Shown here piece by piece: positions 26,588-38,000 of a stretch of 64,000 nucleotides of DNA. Position 1 is the stretch's first letter; each line of letters opens with the position of its first letter. Position numbers and translations under genes: made by a program. The notes under the pieces were generated by a model, which was not told the DNA's origin, did no database searches, and saw only the letters and a program-made list of their open reading frames with translations. The DNA is from a virus: the IMG/VR virus record IMGVR_UViG_3300025864_000001, positions 14,469-78,468 of that record; one strand, 5' to 3'.

Positions 26588-27000
26588 AGTGTCTGAATTA
26601 ATATGTATGTCCGTGGTGACTCTGAATAAAGTTTCTCTGAGAATAGTCTGCATATCTGAGAATCATCTTTGTAGAATATGTGATTCATAGAATCTGTTGC
26701 AAATTTTACACAGTTATCCAAGTCTTTCTTACAGGTATGGAACTCCGGTGCGGAATCCTTTAGCATGGAACTCTTTGCACCCGTGCCGTAATGACTATGA
26801 GGTCTGCCGAAATAGAATATGATGGTTATTCCTATAGGTCCCGTCAGTGGCTCCTTTGGTGCCTTCTCTTGAATCACTGAAAGAAAGTCATTCTTCTTAT
26901 CCATTGAGGGATCGTAATTGCCACGAAAGTTACCCTTATTCACTGTGCGGTGTCTCATCTGAGCATTTGGCTCTCCAAGCATTGTCAGTTCTATTTCCAT
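26584..27000 (-). CDS. rusA: RusA family Holliday junction resolvase
   Basis: KKDLDNCVK...DSMN..YKDDSQI. Confidence 0.85.
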   Translation of the reverse strand: MEIELTMLGEPNAQMRHRTVNKGNFRGNYDPSMDKKNDFLSVIQEKAPKEPLTGPIGITIIFYFGRPHSHYGTGAKSSMLKDSAPEFHTCKKDLDNCVKFATDSMNHIFYKDDSQICRLFSEKLYSESPRTYILIQTL

Positions 27001-27239
27001 TATTTTTTTATTTCAGTTCCTAAAATTCTGATTTGTGATGGATCGAACATTTCCAATTGTCCGGTCTTGTAGTGCTGGCAGATAGCTACACTATAATTCG
27101 CTACTGCTACCGTCCCATCGCCTCTGTCAATTATCTCATGTCGTAATCCGAAGTGAAGTAAAAAGTATTTCTCTTTTACCATAATAGGATCTTCTTCGGT
27201 GTCCTCTTTTTGCCAACTTACTTCACAGAGTTCTCTCAT
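27000..27239 (-). CDS. hypothetical protein
   Basis: 79-aa ORF. Confidence 0.6.
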   Translation of the reverse strand: MRELCEVSWQKEDTEEDPIMVKEKYFLLHFGLRHEIIDRGDGTVAVANYSVAICQHYKTGQLEMFDPSQIRILGTEIKK

Positions 27240-27490
27240 TTGATTATAATTTCATAGGTGAGTGACGTGTCCTCCGCAAGTTTCTTCAACTGCTGATACA
27301 AGGCATTACTGATAACCTTATCTTTTAACATCGTATGAAGAAACTCAGTACCAGGGAGTGGCTTAGTTGCTGATGTGTCCTTGATCTCATTCAGCGTCCT
27401 TGCACGCTTAATAAACAAGTCAATGAGTATCTTCCACTCATGCTTCATACTTGCCATTAACTTATTCTTACTGATGTTTATCGTCTCCAT
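27236..27490 (-). CDS. hypothetical protein
   Basis: 84-aa ORF. Confidence 0.6.
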   Translation of the reverse strand: METINISKNKLMASMKHEWKILIDLFIKRARTLNEIKDTSATKPLPGTEFLHTMLKDKVISNALYQQLKKLAEDTSLTYEIIIK

Positions 27491-27631
27491 TTTCTGCGTA
27501 TTTCCCGCATCTTTTTATCAATTTCCTCTGCCAGTATTGGATTAATTGCATTAAATTCCAACATCCTGGCATGCTCTTGTCTTAAATCAGGATTCATTTT
27601 CATCATATAATCCCAATCGTCTGAAGTAAAC

Positions 27632-27982
27632 TCAATCCTTTCCATTGTCTGCGTATTTCCAAATATGTCCTTCTTTTGTGTGCTTGTACCTTCCTGATAA
27701 AACATTCAGGATAGTAAGCTCTCCTCCTCTGTACTTATGTTCATAGCCAACCGCTTTCCCCGCCTCTCTGATACTGTCATACTCACCTAACTTCTTCCCC
27801 TGTAATGAATATTGAACTATCTTTGTTTTATGGTGTGCCTGTGCCTCCTTAATGGTCTGTTCCCTGCATGCTGCCCATAATTGATTCATAAACTGTTTTG
27901 TCTGCTCGGCATCAACCGGATCAATAATCTCAAAGAGTTTCATATCCCTGACAATCCTGTTTATGATCAAGTCTTTCTCCAT
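27632..27982 (-). CDS. NUMOD1-type DNA-binding domain protein
   Basis: IVQYSLQGKKLGEYDSIREAGK...GHIWKY. Confidence 0.7.
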   Translation of the reverse strand: MEKDLIINRIVRDMKLFEIIDPVDAEQTKQFMNQLWAACREQTIKEAQAHHKTKIVQYSLQGKKLGEYDSIREAGKAVGYEHKYRGGELTILNVLSGRYKHTKEGHIWKYADNGKD

Positions 27983-28303
27983 CCTATCCTTAATCAAATA
28001 AGATATTAGCACAAACCCATCCCATTAAGAATGAAAACAACCACCAGTATCCAATAAATTCTGGACAATATAAAGATACAAGAACTGCTCCCCCTATGAG
28101 CAATATTAAAAATACGAGTATCACGCTTGTCACAAAAAGTATTTTTTTGATTATACTTAAAACTCTTGTTTTTAATGGAATTTTTTCAATTCTATCCATT
28201 GAATAGCATGGCTCTATCAAAAAAGAGGATTGCGGATGGCTTACCCCGATTCTCTCGTAACGCAACTTATGTTCTTTGTACGTATCTTCCATTTTTCTTT
28301 GAT

Positions 28304-28531
28304 TTAGTTTATCTGTTTCGCAAACCAATATCTTACTTTAATCCAGAATAATCTTAATGCTGTAATAATCCAATATTTTGATACAGGGAAAAGATAAACA
28401 GTAATTTCGGCATATAGTACTCTATCTTTTCGATCAACAACAAAGACTCTTTCTCCATTGGGGAATAAAACAATATCATTCTTCTCGATACTGTCGTCGG
28501 TTTTCTTTATTTCAAAACTTATTTTTCCCAT
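28304..28531 (-). CDS. hypothetical protein
   Basis: 75 aa; KNDIVLFPNG resembles KNDVLLIPNG in 34294-34632. Confidence 0.55.
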   Translation of the reverse strand: MGKISFEIKKTDDSIEKNDIVLFPNGERVFVVDRKDRVLYAEITVYLFPVSKYWIITALRLFWIKVRYWFAKQIN

Positions 28532-28532
28532 G

Positions 28533-29636
28533 TTAGTAACATTCTAAGTTCAGTTTCTTAAACTCTGCCAGTAGTTGATCATCGCTTGGTTTCTCTTTGA
28601 TGCGGTTATTAAATGTACGTGACTTTGCACCTTTGCGCTCTGACCATGTTGCACTTCCTAATCTTCCAAAATCAATCATTTCTGCTCCGGCAACGGTAAG
28701 TTCTTTTATCAAGGTGTTTTTCAATCCGCTTCTTTTTTCTTCTATCAATCCTGATATGCCATTGAGAACTTTATCCTGCTTACAGATGTCATAAAGACGC
28801 ATATTACCCTCAATGGTGTCTCTTTCTTTAAGAAACTTTTCGCTCTGAAACTCTCGATATGCTTCCGTGGTGTCTGGCTCAGGTTCATGCTTTTGTATTT
28901 CAGCATCCCACTTCTCTACTTCAGAAATATTTCCTACCTTTTCTGCTTCGAGTTTTTTTATCTGTGCCTGTTTTCCGGGAATGACAAGTTTTTCCCAAAA
29001 TGACTGAGTTATGTTTAAGATTTTTTCACATAGACCTTCATCACGGGTATATTTTTCAACAATAAATTCTGACCCGTCCTTTAGAATAGCTATTTCAGCA
29101 TAATCACATTCGAGAATAATCATGTAAACATGTATCTGGATCAGATATGACAGGGGAATACCTCCCTCCCACATTTGCGAACTCCAATAGCTTAATGTCT
29201 TAATTTCAAGTACCGCCTCCGTCTTTAGAGGTTCCCCTGTGAGTAGGTTTATACCGCCCTTAATGTTCTGCACCCTGTCGAAAGAACCAAATAACCACGG
29301 ATATTTTGGATTGACCACAAAACCATTTACGGCACGACAATCCCTGATGATCTTTTTATTCTTGTAGTTCTCAATCCACCCATCAGTAGTCCCATCATAA
29401 TACTTCCAGAGTTCAGCAATATTGTCCTCCATGTATCTTCCGAAGAACATCTTCGCATTATCAAAATGCCGTGGTTCAGTTGCGCCTATTTTTTCATAAT
29501 AAGTTCGAGTTACGGTATCATAACGATTCAGCCCCAATACGGTTGCTGTCTCGCTTCCCCCAATACCTGATTCACGGTACTTAAACCATTCGGGGCTATG
29601 AGGAGGGATTCGTGTTATTTGTAAATCTGATCTCAT
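28533..29636 (-). CDS. YqaJ-like viral recombinase / lambda-exonuclease family
   Basis: EWFKYRESGIGGSE, GSFDR, LEIKT, YLIQIHVYM. Confidence 0.9.
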   Translation of the reverse strand: MRSDLQITRIPPHSPEWFKYRESGIGGSETATVLGLNRYDTVTRTYYEKIGATEPRHFDNAKMFFGRYMEDNIAELWKYYDGTTDGWIENYKNKKIIRDCRAVNGFVVNPKYPWLFGSFDRVQNIKGGINLLTGEPLKTEAVLEIKTLSYWSSQMWEGGIPLSYLIQIHVYMIILECDYAEIAILKDGSEFIVEKYTRDEGLCEKILNITQSFWEKLVIPGKQAQIKKLEAEKVGNISEVEKWDAEIQKHEPEPDTTEAYREFQSEKFLKERDTIEGNMRLYDICKQDKVLNGISGLIEEKRSGLKNTLIKELTVAGAEMIDFGRLGSATWSERKGAKSRTFNNRIKEKPSDDQLLAEFKKLNLECY

Positions 29637-29637
29637 A

Positions 29638-30069
29638 TTATTTCATATTAAGTGCTGCCGGCGGTTTCATCCCTTCCAACCCAAGCGGTTTCAATTCATT
29701 GAATATTTCTAAAAATATCTCATTAAGCCAATCTGCCTGACATGACATCAACTCCACTTCTTGCCTGCCTTCATTACTGATGTCTTTGTACCATTTGTCG
29801 TACACCTTTGACATCTTATCAACAAGTTGCTCATGCTGTGTGCATAGCTTCAGTCCCTCATCGTAGAAAGTCTGGTAGTACACCTGCCATGCCTTGTAAG
29901 AGTCGTACCGTGCCTGTCCAGACTTCTTCTTGTCCTCACTATCCCATGCGTAGTTTGGGTCGTGCATTATCACTCTTGCCTCCTCTGTCTTGGCAATATG
30001 GGTGTCGAGAATCTTTTCTTTGAAGCCTTGTAGCTTGTTGGCAAAGGCATAATTATTGGCGTTGCTCAT
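29638..30069 (-). CDS. hypothetical protein
   Basis: helical ORF, likely start MSNANN. Confidence 0.65.
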   Translation of the reverse strand: MSNANNYAFANKLQGFKEKILDTHIAKTEEARVIMHDPNYAWDSEDKKKSGQARYDSYKAWQVYYQTFYDEGLKLCTQHEQLVDKMSKVYDKWYKDISNEGRQEVELMSCQADWLNEIFLEIFNELKPLGLEGMKPPAALNMK

Positions 30070-30071
30070 AA

Positions 30072-30302
30072 TTAAAATCCCCATCTTTTAAGGTTACGAT
30101 CTTTTTCATCCTGTGTTAATTCTCTTCCGAAAAGCAATGCGAGATTTATTTCCTCCTGCATTGCATATTCCTGTCTTGCCAATTTAAAAAATTCAAGCGT
30201 CATCTCTTTGGCCTTTTCACGGATACGTGTGTTATAACTTGCTTCAGGAAAATGTTCATCAAGCAAATCGTCGATAAGCGGTTTCTGTTTTTCGTTGCTC
30301 AT
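30072..30302 (-). CDS. hypothetical protein
   Basis: 76-aa ORF. Confidence 0.6.
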   Translation of the reverse strand: MSNEKQKPLIDDLLDEHFPEASYNTRIREKAKEMTLEFFKLARQEYAMQEEINLALLFGRELTQDEKDRNLKRWGF

Positions 30303-30313
30303 ATACTCCTTCT

Positions 30314-30673
30314 TTAAAATGTTATGTCAATTATGGCAGGACTGACCCATTGCTTAAATAGTTCTTCTTGTTTTTCCGCTTCCCCTACTTCTAAAGGACA
30401 AGCATCTGAACTTCTTTGCCAAAATTCATAAAGAAGCTTACGGGGGTCTGAATCAAACGCTGATAGTCCTTCTGTCGTTACCTTGTGATGCTCAAGTTTG
30501 GAATAATTATCAACAAATCTTTGGAGCAAATCAAACCACGTTTGCGCTATATTGCCGTTGTCGTTTTCCAGAAGATAATTTAAGGCATCAATAACGGTTT
30601 CCTGTTCAGCCAATGATAATGGCATTACCTTCATCCTTCGATCACTTGCATCATTAAATTTAATTTTATTCAT
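30314..30673 (-). CDS. hypothetical protein
   Basis: 119-aa ORF. Confidence 0.6.
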   Translation of the reverse strand: MNKIKFNDASDRRMKVMPLSLAEQETVIDALNYLLENDNGNIAQTWFDLLQRFVDNYSKLEHHKVTTEGLSAFDSDPRKLLYEFWQRSSDACPLEVGEAEKQEELFKQWVSPAIIDITF

Positions 30674-30936
30674 ATCTTTTCTTTTATGTAAAACAATCGG
30701 TGTTCATTGGTGATGAAAAAATCCTCGCCATCTATCGTGATGACATTGGCACTCCTGCGAGGGAAGTGTATTCTCTCCCCTACCTTCACGGTGTCACACT
30801 CACTGCCACAATCCTGCACTACACCCCATTCCGGTAACATCTCTACGGAGTTCTCTGGTATGATGAGCGTTCCTGTTTTTGTCCTCTCAGGTAGTTTGTC
30901 TGGCTTTATTAATACTGCGCTTCCGAGTACAATCAT
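30670..30936 (-). CDS. groES: GroES/Cpn10 co-chaperonin
   Basis: VLIKP...ERTKTGTLIIP...GVV..CG...VKVGE.I.F...IDGE.F. Confidence 0.85.
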   Translation of the reverse strand: MIVLGSAVLIKPDKLPERTKTGTLIIPENSVEMLPEWGVVQDCGSECDTVKVGERIHFPRRSANVITIDGEDFFITNEHRLFYIKEKI

Positions 30937-31329
30937 GGTTTAGAATTTATATAAAGTAAATAAAATATGCGACCCAAAAGAGCACTGACTATAATTGCAC
31001 CCAATACATAAGAATAAACTGATGCTATCATATTAGAAATAGGCGGATTATAATTACTTTGAACAACACAGAATATCATAGGTGATATTAGTGTTAAGCA
31101 CAAAACAATATACATGAAAATCTTCATTACTTCTTATTTATCAAATAATTATATGCCTTAATAATATGGTCAGGAATTTCTTTTTTTAAATCCATTGCTT
31201 CCTGAATAGTAAGAATAAGACAATCAAGATTAATAATAATATCTTCACCCTTTGGCAAATATTTTGATTTTTCTACATCAGAAAGTTTCTGCCATTCTTC
31301 AAATGACATTGGCTGAACAACGCTGTTTT

Positions 31330-31914
31330 TCATTTTTTGCCTCCTTTCTTTTCTTCTTTTGGTGCAAAGGTTTTATCAATGAACTCTTCATTAGCACCCA
31401 TTTGACTCCAAATTTCCGTTTTTTCGGAATCAACGATCTCCCTGATAAGGCAAAGCCTCAATGAACCATCAATGTAGGTGTAGAAATAGAATCTGCCCTG
31501 ATATGGAATCCTATACGTGTACTTCTCATCCAGAATCATGTCTTTTAAGCCTCTTTTAGCCTCAGCTGCGAGATTCTTGGCACGGTTAATAGTGAAGTCG
31601 TATGCCTCCTGTGAGTTCTTTAAAGTGGCCTTTGCGTTCGCCAGAGCAAGTTCTGCTGCTGATAGTTCCTTCTCATACACCGGCACAAGGTTTTCAAGGA
31701 CATCCTGGTAGTCATCCCTGCATGTTTTCTTTTCAAAGGCATCCATATGGCGTGACACCGTCACTCCACGATTCAATGCTGTGAGATTTGAGCCAATAAA
31801 TTTACCGGCTTCTTCAGGTGTTGCAAATTCACCAAGGCTTTCTGGGATGTTTGTTCCGTCTTTACTGACGTTAAATTCGATGTTGTCTGGTCTGTAATCT
31901 TCGTTGTTTGTCAT
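31330..31914 (-). CDS. conserved Bacteroidota phage protein with a coiled coil
   Basis: 194 aa; central coiled coil; YRIPYQGRFYFYTY. Confidence 0.65.
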   Translation of the reverse strand: MTNNEDYRPDNIEFNVSKDGTNIPESLGEFATPEEAGKFIGSNLTALNRGVTVSRHMDAFEKKTCRDDYQDVLENLVPVYEKELSAAELALANAKATLKNSQEAYDFTINRAKNLAAEAKRGLKDMILDEKYTYRIPYQGRFYFYTYIDGSLRLCLIREIVDSEKTEIWSQMGANEEFIDKTFAPKEEKKGGKK

Positions 31915-31937
31915 GTCAAATAGTTTTATAGTTTATA

Positions 31938-32273
31938 TTAAAATGAGGTTACGCAAAATAAATCATAATGAGGAAGCATCTCTGTTTCTATGTCATACCG
32001 ATCAGTCTTATTATTGTACCGGATAACCTTTCCGTTCTTAACCTTAAAAAGATGATGTACGTTTTTTGTTTTAAGTTTCAAACTACGTCCTTTGTTTAAA
32101 TCATCCTGCGTTGCGTCAATATATCCTTTACGCCTGCCCCAAGGTAACTGTTTCTCGATACTCCGCTTATAATGATAAGCACATAGTCCGTCTTTATATT
32201 CAGGCTTCTGGCATTGCTCTGTTCCTACAACTCCCCAATTAGCCATTGATATTTTATTCTGTTTTGTACACAT
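31938..32273 (-). CDS. hypothetical protein
   Basis: C..C...GLCAYH motif. Confidence 0.55.
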   Translation of the reverse strand: MCTKQNKISMANWGVVGTEQCQKPEYKDGLCAYHYKRSIEKQLPWGRRKGYIDATQDDLNKGRSLKLKTKNVHHLFKVKNGKVIRYNNKTDRYDIETEMLPHYDLFCVTSF

Positions 32274-32284
32274 ATTATTATATT

Positions 32285-34297
32285 TTAGAAAGGCAGGTCG
32301 CTTAGTTCATCCTTGCCGTTATCGAATACTTCGTCTTTATCCTGTTTGGGATTGAGTTTTCCGTCAATGGGTTTTACTTCGGTTTTCTTCTTCTCGTCCT
32401 CCACGACAAAGAATCTTCCTCCCTTTGCAAAGTCCATGCGCATCTTAACCTTCCCCATCCTACCAATCTCCTCAAATCTTATCTTTTCAATATTCACAAT
32501 AGTCGGTGCGTCTTTGTCAATGATTATCTTATCATCATCAGTAGCATCATCGGGTATCTCATCTGCCGGACGTTTTCTATTAATATAGCGGTGAAGTATT
32601 ATTCCAATATCCGGTTTTTCCTTCCATGCTGAACTCCCTTTTATGTCATATAAGCAGGGCATCCGATAATTTATCCCTACCTTCTCAATCTTTGTCGGAT
32701 GTGCTACAAGGATACAATGAACATCATAAACATCGCAGAAATTTATAAGAAAATCCAATTGTTTGCTTATGAACGTGGTCTCAGTCTGGTTCTTTGGTTG
32801 CTCATGCTCGATCTTATTCCACGCATCAATGACAAACCCAAAGATATTCTCAGTCTTTTTTAGATAGATAAGATACTGTAATAGTGACTCCATGCTATTC
32901 ACATGATCTGAATCTACCTTTCCCATCCATGTCTCAAAACTAAGTTTATTTGGTGAGATGAAGAAGAAATGCTTCTGAATATAACGCATGGTCTTATTCC
33001 TCAATTCCTCTGACATTGAGTTTCGATAACCTCTCTTGAATGACTGACCTGTTATTACCTCTGCTATCTTTGCCTGTTCTCTTGATACTGGACGATTCTC
33101 AGGAGTGAATAGTGCCCATTTGATAGTCTCCTCGGTGTTATGCCGTACAAACTCAGACAGATACCACCGTACCCATACCGATTTCCCTGCGCTCGGTAGT
33201 CCCGTAACTACTGTAAACTGCTTTCTTTTGAGTGTAAACAACTCATCTATTGAGGGTACCCCTATTCCAAGACCTGGAGTGAACCCATCGGCTGCGATCA
33301 ACTCCAATTCTTCCCTGACATCCTGCGGTCTTACTATACCCTTTACCGGGAATGATGATAGATTCTGATAACACTCATCAACACCTGCTTTACCAAGTGC
33401 CGGAAGTAATACCTCAGTCTTATTATTGCCCTTAAATACGTCATTGATGTCCTTATAGCCTCCCGGATATTGGATGTACTTACACCTCTCTTTCCCAAAG
33501 ATAAGGGCTAATTGGTTGCGTAATACATGTCCGGGCTTATCATTATCGGTGCTGAAGATGATGCTGTCAATGCCTATGTAACCCTTTTGTGGATCAGATG
33601 GAGCAAAGAAACTCTGCACGTATTTATCATTGGCATAATCAAACTCATGTTCAAACTCCTTTGCATTGGGATTCGGTGCTCCCATAGGCACGCTCACCAC
33701 ATTCTTATAACCACATTGTTTCCATGTCAGCCAGTCCCATTCACCTTCTGTTATAATGACCTCTTTCTTTTCATCCACATCAAAGGATAAGTTCTGCATA
33801 CCAAGGAATATTGCCTTTGTGCCAAGGTCTCTTTTCATCTGCCACCACTTTGGACCATCCTGACCTGCCTTCCATCTCATATCAAAGTATTTTACATTGA
33901 CAAGCGTCATGTTGATATAAAATGGAAATCCCATTATTGGTTTTGAACCATTAGGGATTCGCATAGCGAACTCGTAAATCTTCTCTTTGAGTGCGGTCTT
34001 CTGATCTATGCCTCGCTTCTCCAAGTACTCCCTGACCTCTTTTGAATATGTCTCAGCGATTTGTTTTGGCATACGAGACTTTTCTGCAACCTTATCATAC
34101 TTATCCATCAAATCAAGATTGCCTGAGTATCCACAAGTCGGATGGTTACAATGGAACCACCTGTTATCCGGTTCATTATTAACAGTAAGACATGGGACGT
34201 TCTTATGCTTCTGACGGGTGTCATTACACTTCGGGCACGTGGTGCTATAACGCACCTTGCCACTCTTTACCTCAATATTTAGTTCCTCAAAGGTCAT
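32285..34297 (-). CDS. T7 gp4/Twinkle-like DNA primase-helicase
   Basis: CPKC..CNHPTC zinc finger, Toprim ITEGEWD and DND, Walker A GLPSAGKS, VAHPTK, DIKGS. Confidence 0.92.
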   Translation of the reverse strand: MTFEELNIEVKSGKVRYSTTCPKCNDTRQKHKNVPCLTVNNEPDNRWFHCNHPTCGYSGNLDLMDKYDKVAEKSRMPKQIAETYSKEVREYLEKRGIDQKTALKEKIYEFAMRIPNGSKPIMGFPFYINMTLVNVKYFDMRWKAGQDGPKWWQMKRDLGTKAIFLGMQNLSFDVDEKKEVIITEGEWDWLTWKQCGYKNVVSVPMGAPNPNAKEFEHEFDYANDKYVQSFFAPSDPQKGYIGIDSIIFSTDNDKPGHVLRNQLALIFGKERCKYIQYPGGYKDINDVFKGNNKTEVLLPALGKAGVDECYQNLSSFPVKGIVRPQDVREELELIAADGFTPGLGIGVPSIDELFTLKRKQFTVVTGLPSAGKSVWVRWYLSEFVRHNTEETIKWALFTPENRPVSREQAKIAEVITGQSFKRGYRNSMSEELRNKTMRYIQKHFFFISPNKLSFETWMGKVDSDHVNSMESLLQYLIYLKKTENIFGFVIDAWNKIEHEQPKNQTETTFISKQLDFLINFCDVYDVHCILVAHPTKIEKVGINYRMPCLYDIKGSSAWKEKPDIGIILHRYINRKRPADEIPDDATDDDKIIIDKDAPTIVNIEKIRFEEIGRMGKVKMRMDFAKGGRFFVVEDEKKKTEVKPIDGKLNPKQDKDEVFDNGKDELSDLPF

Positions 34298-34632
34298 ACA
34301 GATTCTCTTTCAGCAAATGCACTTGCTATAACACAAGTATCTCCTGCGTATTTTGGGTCTTCCGCAAGAGCATCTAAACTTGAGATTACAAAAAAAGGAT
34401 AATATTCATTTGAAATTACCATCCAGCATCCATTCCCATTAGGAATAAGGAGTACGTCATTTTTTCTAACTTTTTCAGGATTACTAAAACTAACAACTGC
34501 CTCAAAAAAACATTTCTCTACTGGCAGGGGAATACTGAATGTTTTGCAGATGAATTTTTGGAATCGGCTTATTCCTTTATATTTGGTGGTATTAGTTGTT
34601 GCCCAGCTTCTTATCTGAATAGTATCGTTCAT
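34294..34632 (-). CDS. hypothetical protein
   Basis: 112-aa ORF. Confidence 0.6.
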   Translation of the reverse strand: MNDTIQIRSWATTNTTKYKGISRFQKFICKTFSIPLPVEKCFFEAVVSFSNPEKVRKNDVLLIPNGNGCWMVISNEYYPFFVISSLDALAEDPKYAGDTCVIASAFAERESV

Positions 34633-34955
34633 GCCTTCAGGTATTTTTCTGCTTTCTCATTTCTTACAATGAATTTGGGGCTATCCCCATTTATGTTTTG
34701 ATAAGGATAGCAGTAATCCAACTCCGTGCCGTACTTACCATCTATCATCAATGGACGAGTCTTGTTTGTGATAGTGGATATCGCTAATTGTGATAAATCA
34801 GCAAATTGGCTTACCGTAAACATGTTGTATCTTAACATGTGCTTCATGTGATCAATAGGAATACCTAACCTCTTAGACATTCCCTCAATGATAGTTGGGT
34901 CAGTTTTCGCAAACTTACATTCAACATCTTTTAATAATCCGTATTTCTCTTCCAT
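34629..34955 (-). CDS. putative HTH regulator
   Basis: FTVSQFADLSQLAISTITNK; first gene after the TAATTTTG box at 34978-34985. Confidence 0.55.
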   Translation of the reverse strand: MEEKYGLLKDVECKFAKTDPTIIEGMSKRLGIPIDHMKHMLRYNMFTVSQFADLSQLAISTITNKTRPLMIDGKYGTELDYCYPYQNINGDSPKFIVRNEKAEKYLKA

Positions 34956-35042
34956 GGGGATAAATAAATTTATTTGTCAAAATTAATAAACATTTTCGTT
35001 TAAACAAATAAAATAAACAAATAGTTTTAAACAATGCCCAAA

Positions 35043-35070
35043 ATAAAAGAGTCCCGTTGCTGAGACTCCC
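35043..35070 (-). terminator. terminator ending the virion gene operon
   Basis: GAGTCTC/GGGACTC stem plus T-tract after the 2619-aa gene. Confidence 0.6.
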
Positions 35071-35095
35071 ATTATACGCATAGATGATACGGTTT

Positions 35096-38000
35096 TTATT
35101 TTTTAGACCTGATTGATTCATTTGCTATGTCACGAGCTGAACTTGCAGCATCGGCAGCCATCTCCTGTAATGTTGTGGTCTTTTCTGGCACTGGACGTGT
35201 CGTGGATTCGATGATGTTGGTTATGCTCTTTTTCGCCTCATCCATCTCCTCCTGTATGGTTAGTCCCATGGAATTAAGATTCCTTAGATACTCTGACCAA
35301 TAGACATTTGAGTAGGTTTTTCTATCTTCTTCACTCAGTTGTACACCCTGCCAGTATGAGGGTATTACAGGCTTATTTAACAGGTCATTCTTTTTGAGGA
35401 TAGAATACTCGGCTGGGTACTTCTTCTGCAGGTCAACGTCATTGAGAACATTAAATCTCTGGTTTTTTCCCGACTCGAGATGTTGAAAGTTTGTGCCAAT
35501 AGATTCATCTTTCGGGTACCAACCTGCATATACCTTAGTGAGCCTTTCGAGTTCCTGCATTACCGGCACCTGCTCATCCATGGACTTCTGTAACTGTCCT
35601 GATCGCTTCTTATCTGCCACGGTGTATGCACGTGCCAGTGCCTCTGCGGATAACCCTTTTTCTTCAGCATTTTTTATTGTTTTGAGAAAATCGGAATTTG
35701 CATCTCCCATTCTCTGAGCAAGTGCGGTGTATCTGTTTGTCAGATAATCAATATTTCGTTCCACATATACCTTTAATTCGGGTTTATCGAACTCTTGAAT
35801 CTTTATAACATTATTAAGTATAGTCTGTTTCCAATCTCTTTTCCTTCCATAATAGTCCAGATTGCCACGGATGCCATCATACATGTCCTGTGCGCCTTTA
35901 AAGAATGGCACCTGACTTCTGGCAATGTATGTCATAACATTTAATATCCTTTCATCTGTGGTGATATTGGCATTATGATAGGCAGATGCGTTGGGGTTCT
36001 GAATCGAGATGCCACGATAATCCCTGTCAAACGCTACCGATCCTATCCATCCCCATGTAGCATCAGCAAAAGCCGGAAGGTTAGAAGTCTCCCCTAATAT
36101 TGGTCTGTTGACTTTTGATAATTGAATTGGAAGGAACTTACTTACCTCTGATAACTGCGTGCCTGCATCTGCATAGTTGTAGTTATATAATGGAGACAAA
36201 TATCTTGCAACATTCACCTCTGATTTACCTACTTTAAAACTCAATGGGATATTGACAAGCGGTATCTTAGCCACTCCTTTCCTGCCCTCTCTGACCTTTC
36301 TTTCTTCTTCTGTCTCACCGGATAAGGTACTTGCAAGTATCCCTCCCATTTTGATAAGCATAAGAGTGCCTATCAATGTTAGGGGTGTTGTGGTAATGTT
36401 ATTCACAAGTATCCTTTGCAAGTCTGCCTGGAACTTTGCAAATGTCGGACCAATCAATGGTATTTTTGATGTAAAGTCCCATGTCTTGCCTACCGTAGAG
36501 TAGTTCTGAAACGCATCATAAGCCCTTCTGACAGACGCATCATGGCTCATGCCCTGCTCTCTGAAAACCAAGTATGCGGAAATCTTAGCGATATTATCTG
36601 CACCTACATACGCTTTTGTAGCGAGTTCATCGGCTTTGCTTAACTTGCCTCCCTCTTTGCTTTTAATGATTGCAAGTGGCTTCATTTCTCCGGTGAAAGC
36701 TACATCGCCTATCAGTCCGGTTTTTAATAATGCCTTATATACTTCGGGACTCTTGTGATATAATTTTATTGCTTCAGGAAACTTACCTAAGAATGATACT
36801 GGATTAATGCCATTAGCCGATGCAAAGAATATATTTCCTGTGACGTTCCCAAGTTGTACCATGGGATTATAGACAGTCCTTAGTTTCTTGTAAAACTGAT
36901 TTACATTCGATCTGTCAACCTTCTTAAAAGCATTGTAAAGGTCATTAGCAACTGCATTGGAGTAATAAAACCCTGTGAAGTCCTCAACGACATGGTTTAT
37001 CACTGCCTTGTTTCGGAACGGGCCCCAACTGTATGAACTTCCAAGCTTGGTGTATCCCTTTGGCACTGCTTCACCCTTCTTAAGCGATAACACGAAGTCG
37101 GGATGTTCCTGTATCACTAAGTCCATATAACCCTTTATAGCCACATTCTGTATCGTCTGCATGACTCTTTTTGCAGTAAGATAAGTCGGGTCACGTATGG
37201 CATGTTCCTTTTTCCATTCCGTACTTTCCTCACGTGCCTTAAACATATCGGTCATCATCTTTGTAGTGATGGCACTATTTCCCCTGTTAATAAACTCCTG
37301 TATGGCAGGGTCAAGTAATGTCTCCCCTTCATATTTATCGTACATGCGGGCAATGTATTTTGAGTCACCCGTCACATCTTTGTTTTTCAGATATGTCTCG
37401 GTGTCAAGGAACCCATTGGCATAGTTTGTCTCATGTACCCATGTATTCCAGTCCCTCATCTTAAAATATAGATTCTTTTCAGCAAGTGACAAGTCACCAT
37501 AACTCAGTTTCTCTATTGCAAACTCAGGATCAGGGTCAAGCACATCAAGCACCCTGCGTAATGATTCGGGATCTGAATGAACTATATCCAACCATTTCCC
37601 TCTTAGTTCTTTCGCTTCATAAGGTGCAAATGACTTAACTGTACCTGTGAATGCAAGTTTCCCTGGTTTCCCTCCTTTGCCATGTATGTCAGCCTGTGTA
37701 CGTCCCAATCCACCCCAGAAGTTAGTAATGGCTTTGCTTGGCCATCTCAATAAGTCCATTTGACTTTTCATGCCTGCCTGTAATACATTGGCAATACGAT
37801 TATTTAAAGCATCTCTGACCTTTACCAACTGTTTGTAGAGTACGGTGTTCATCAGTGGAATAGGATCGGGTGGCAGAAACCTTATTGCTACTTTACCATT
37901 ACCTCCTTTTTTCTTACCGAATGTCTTTAGCATCTCGTCCTCGGCATCCTTGGTGTGGTTGCCCATCTTCTTATCCATGTTGGTGGAGTTATTGGTAGCC

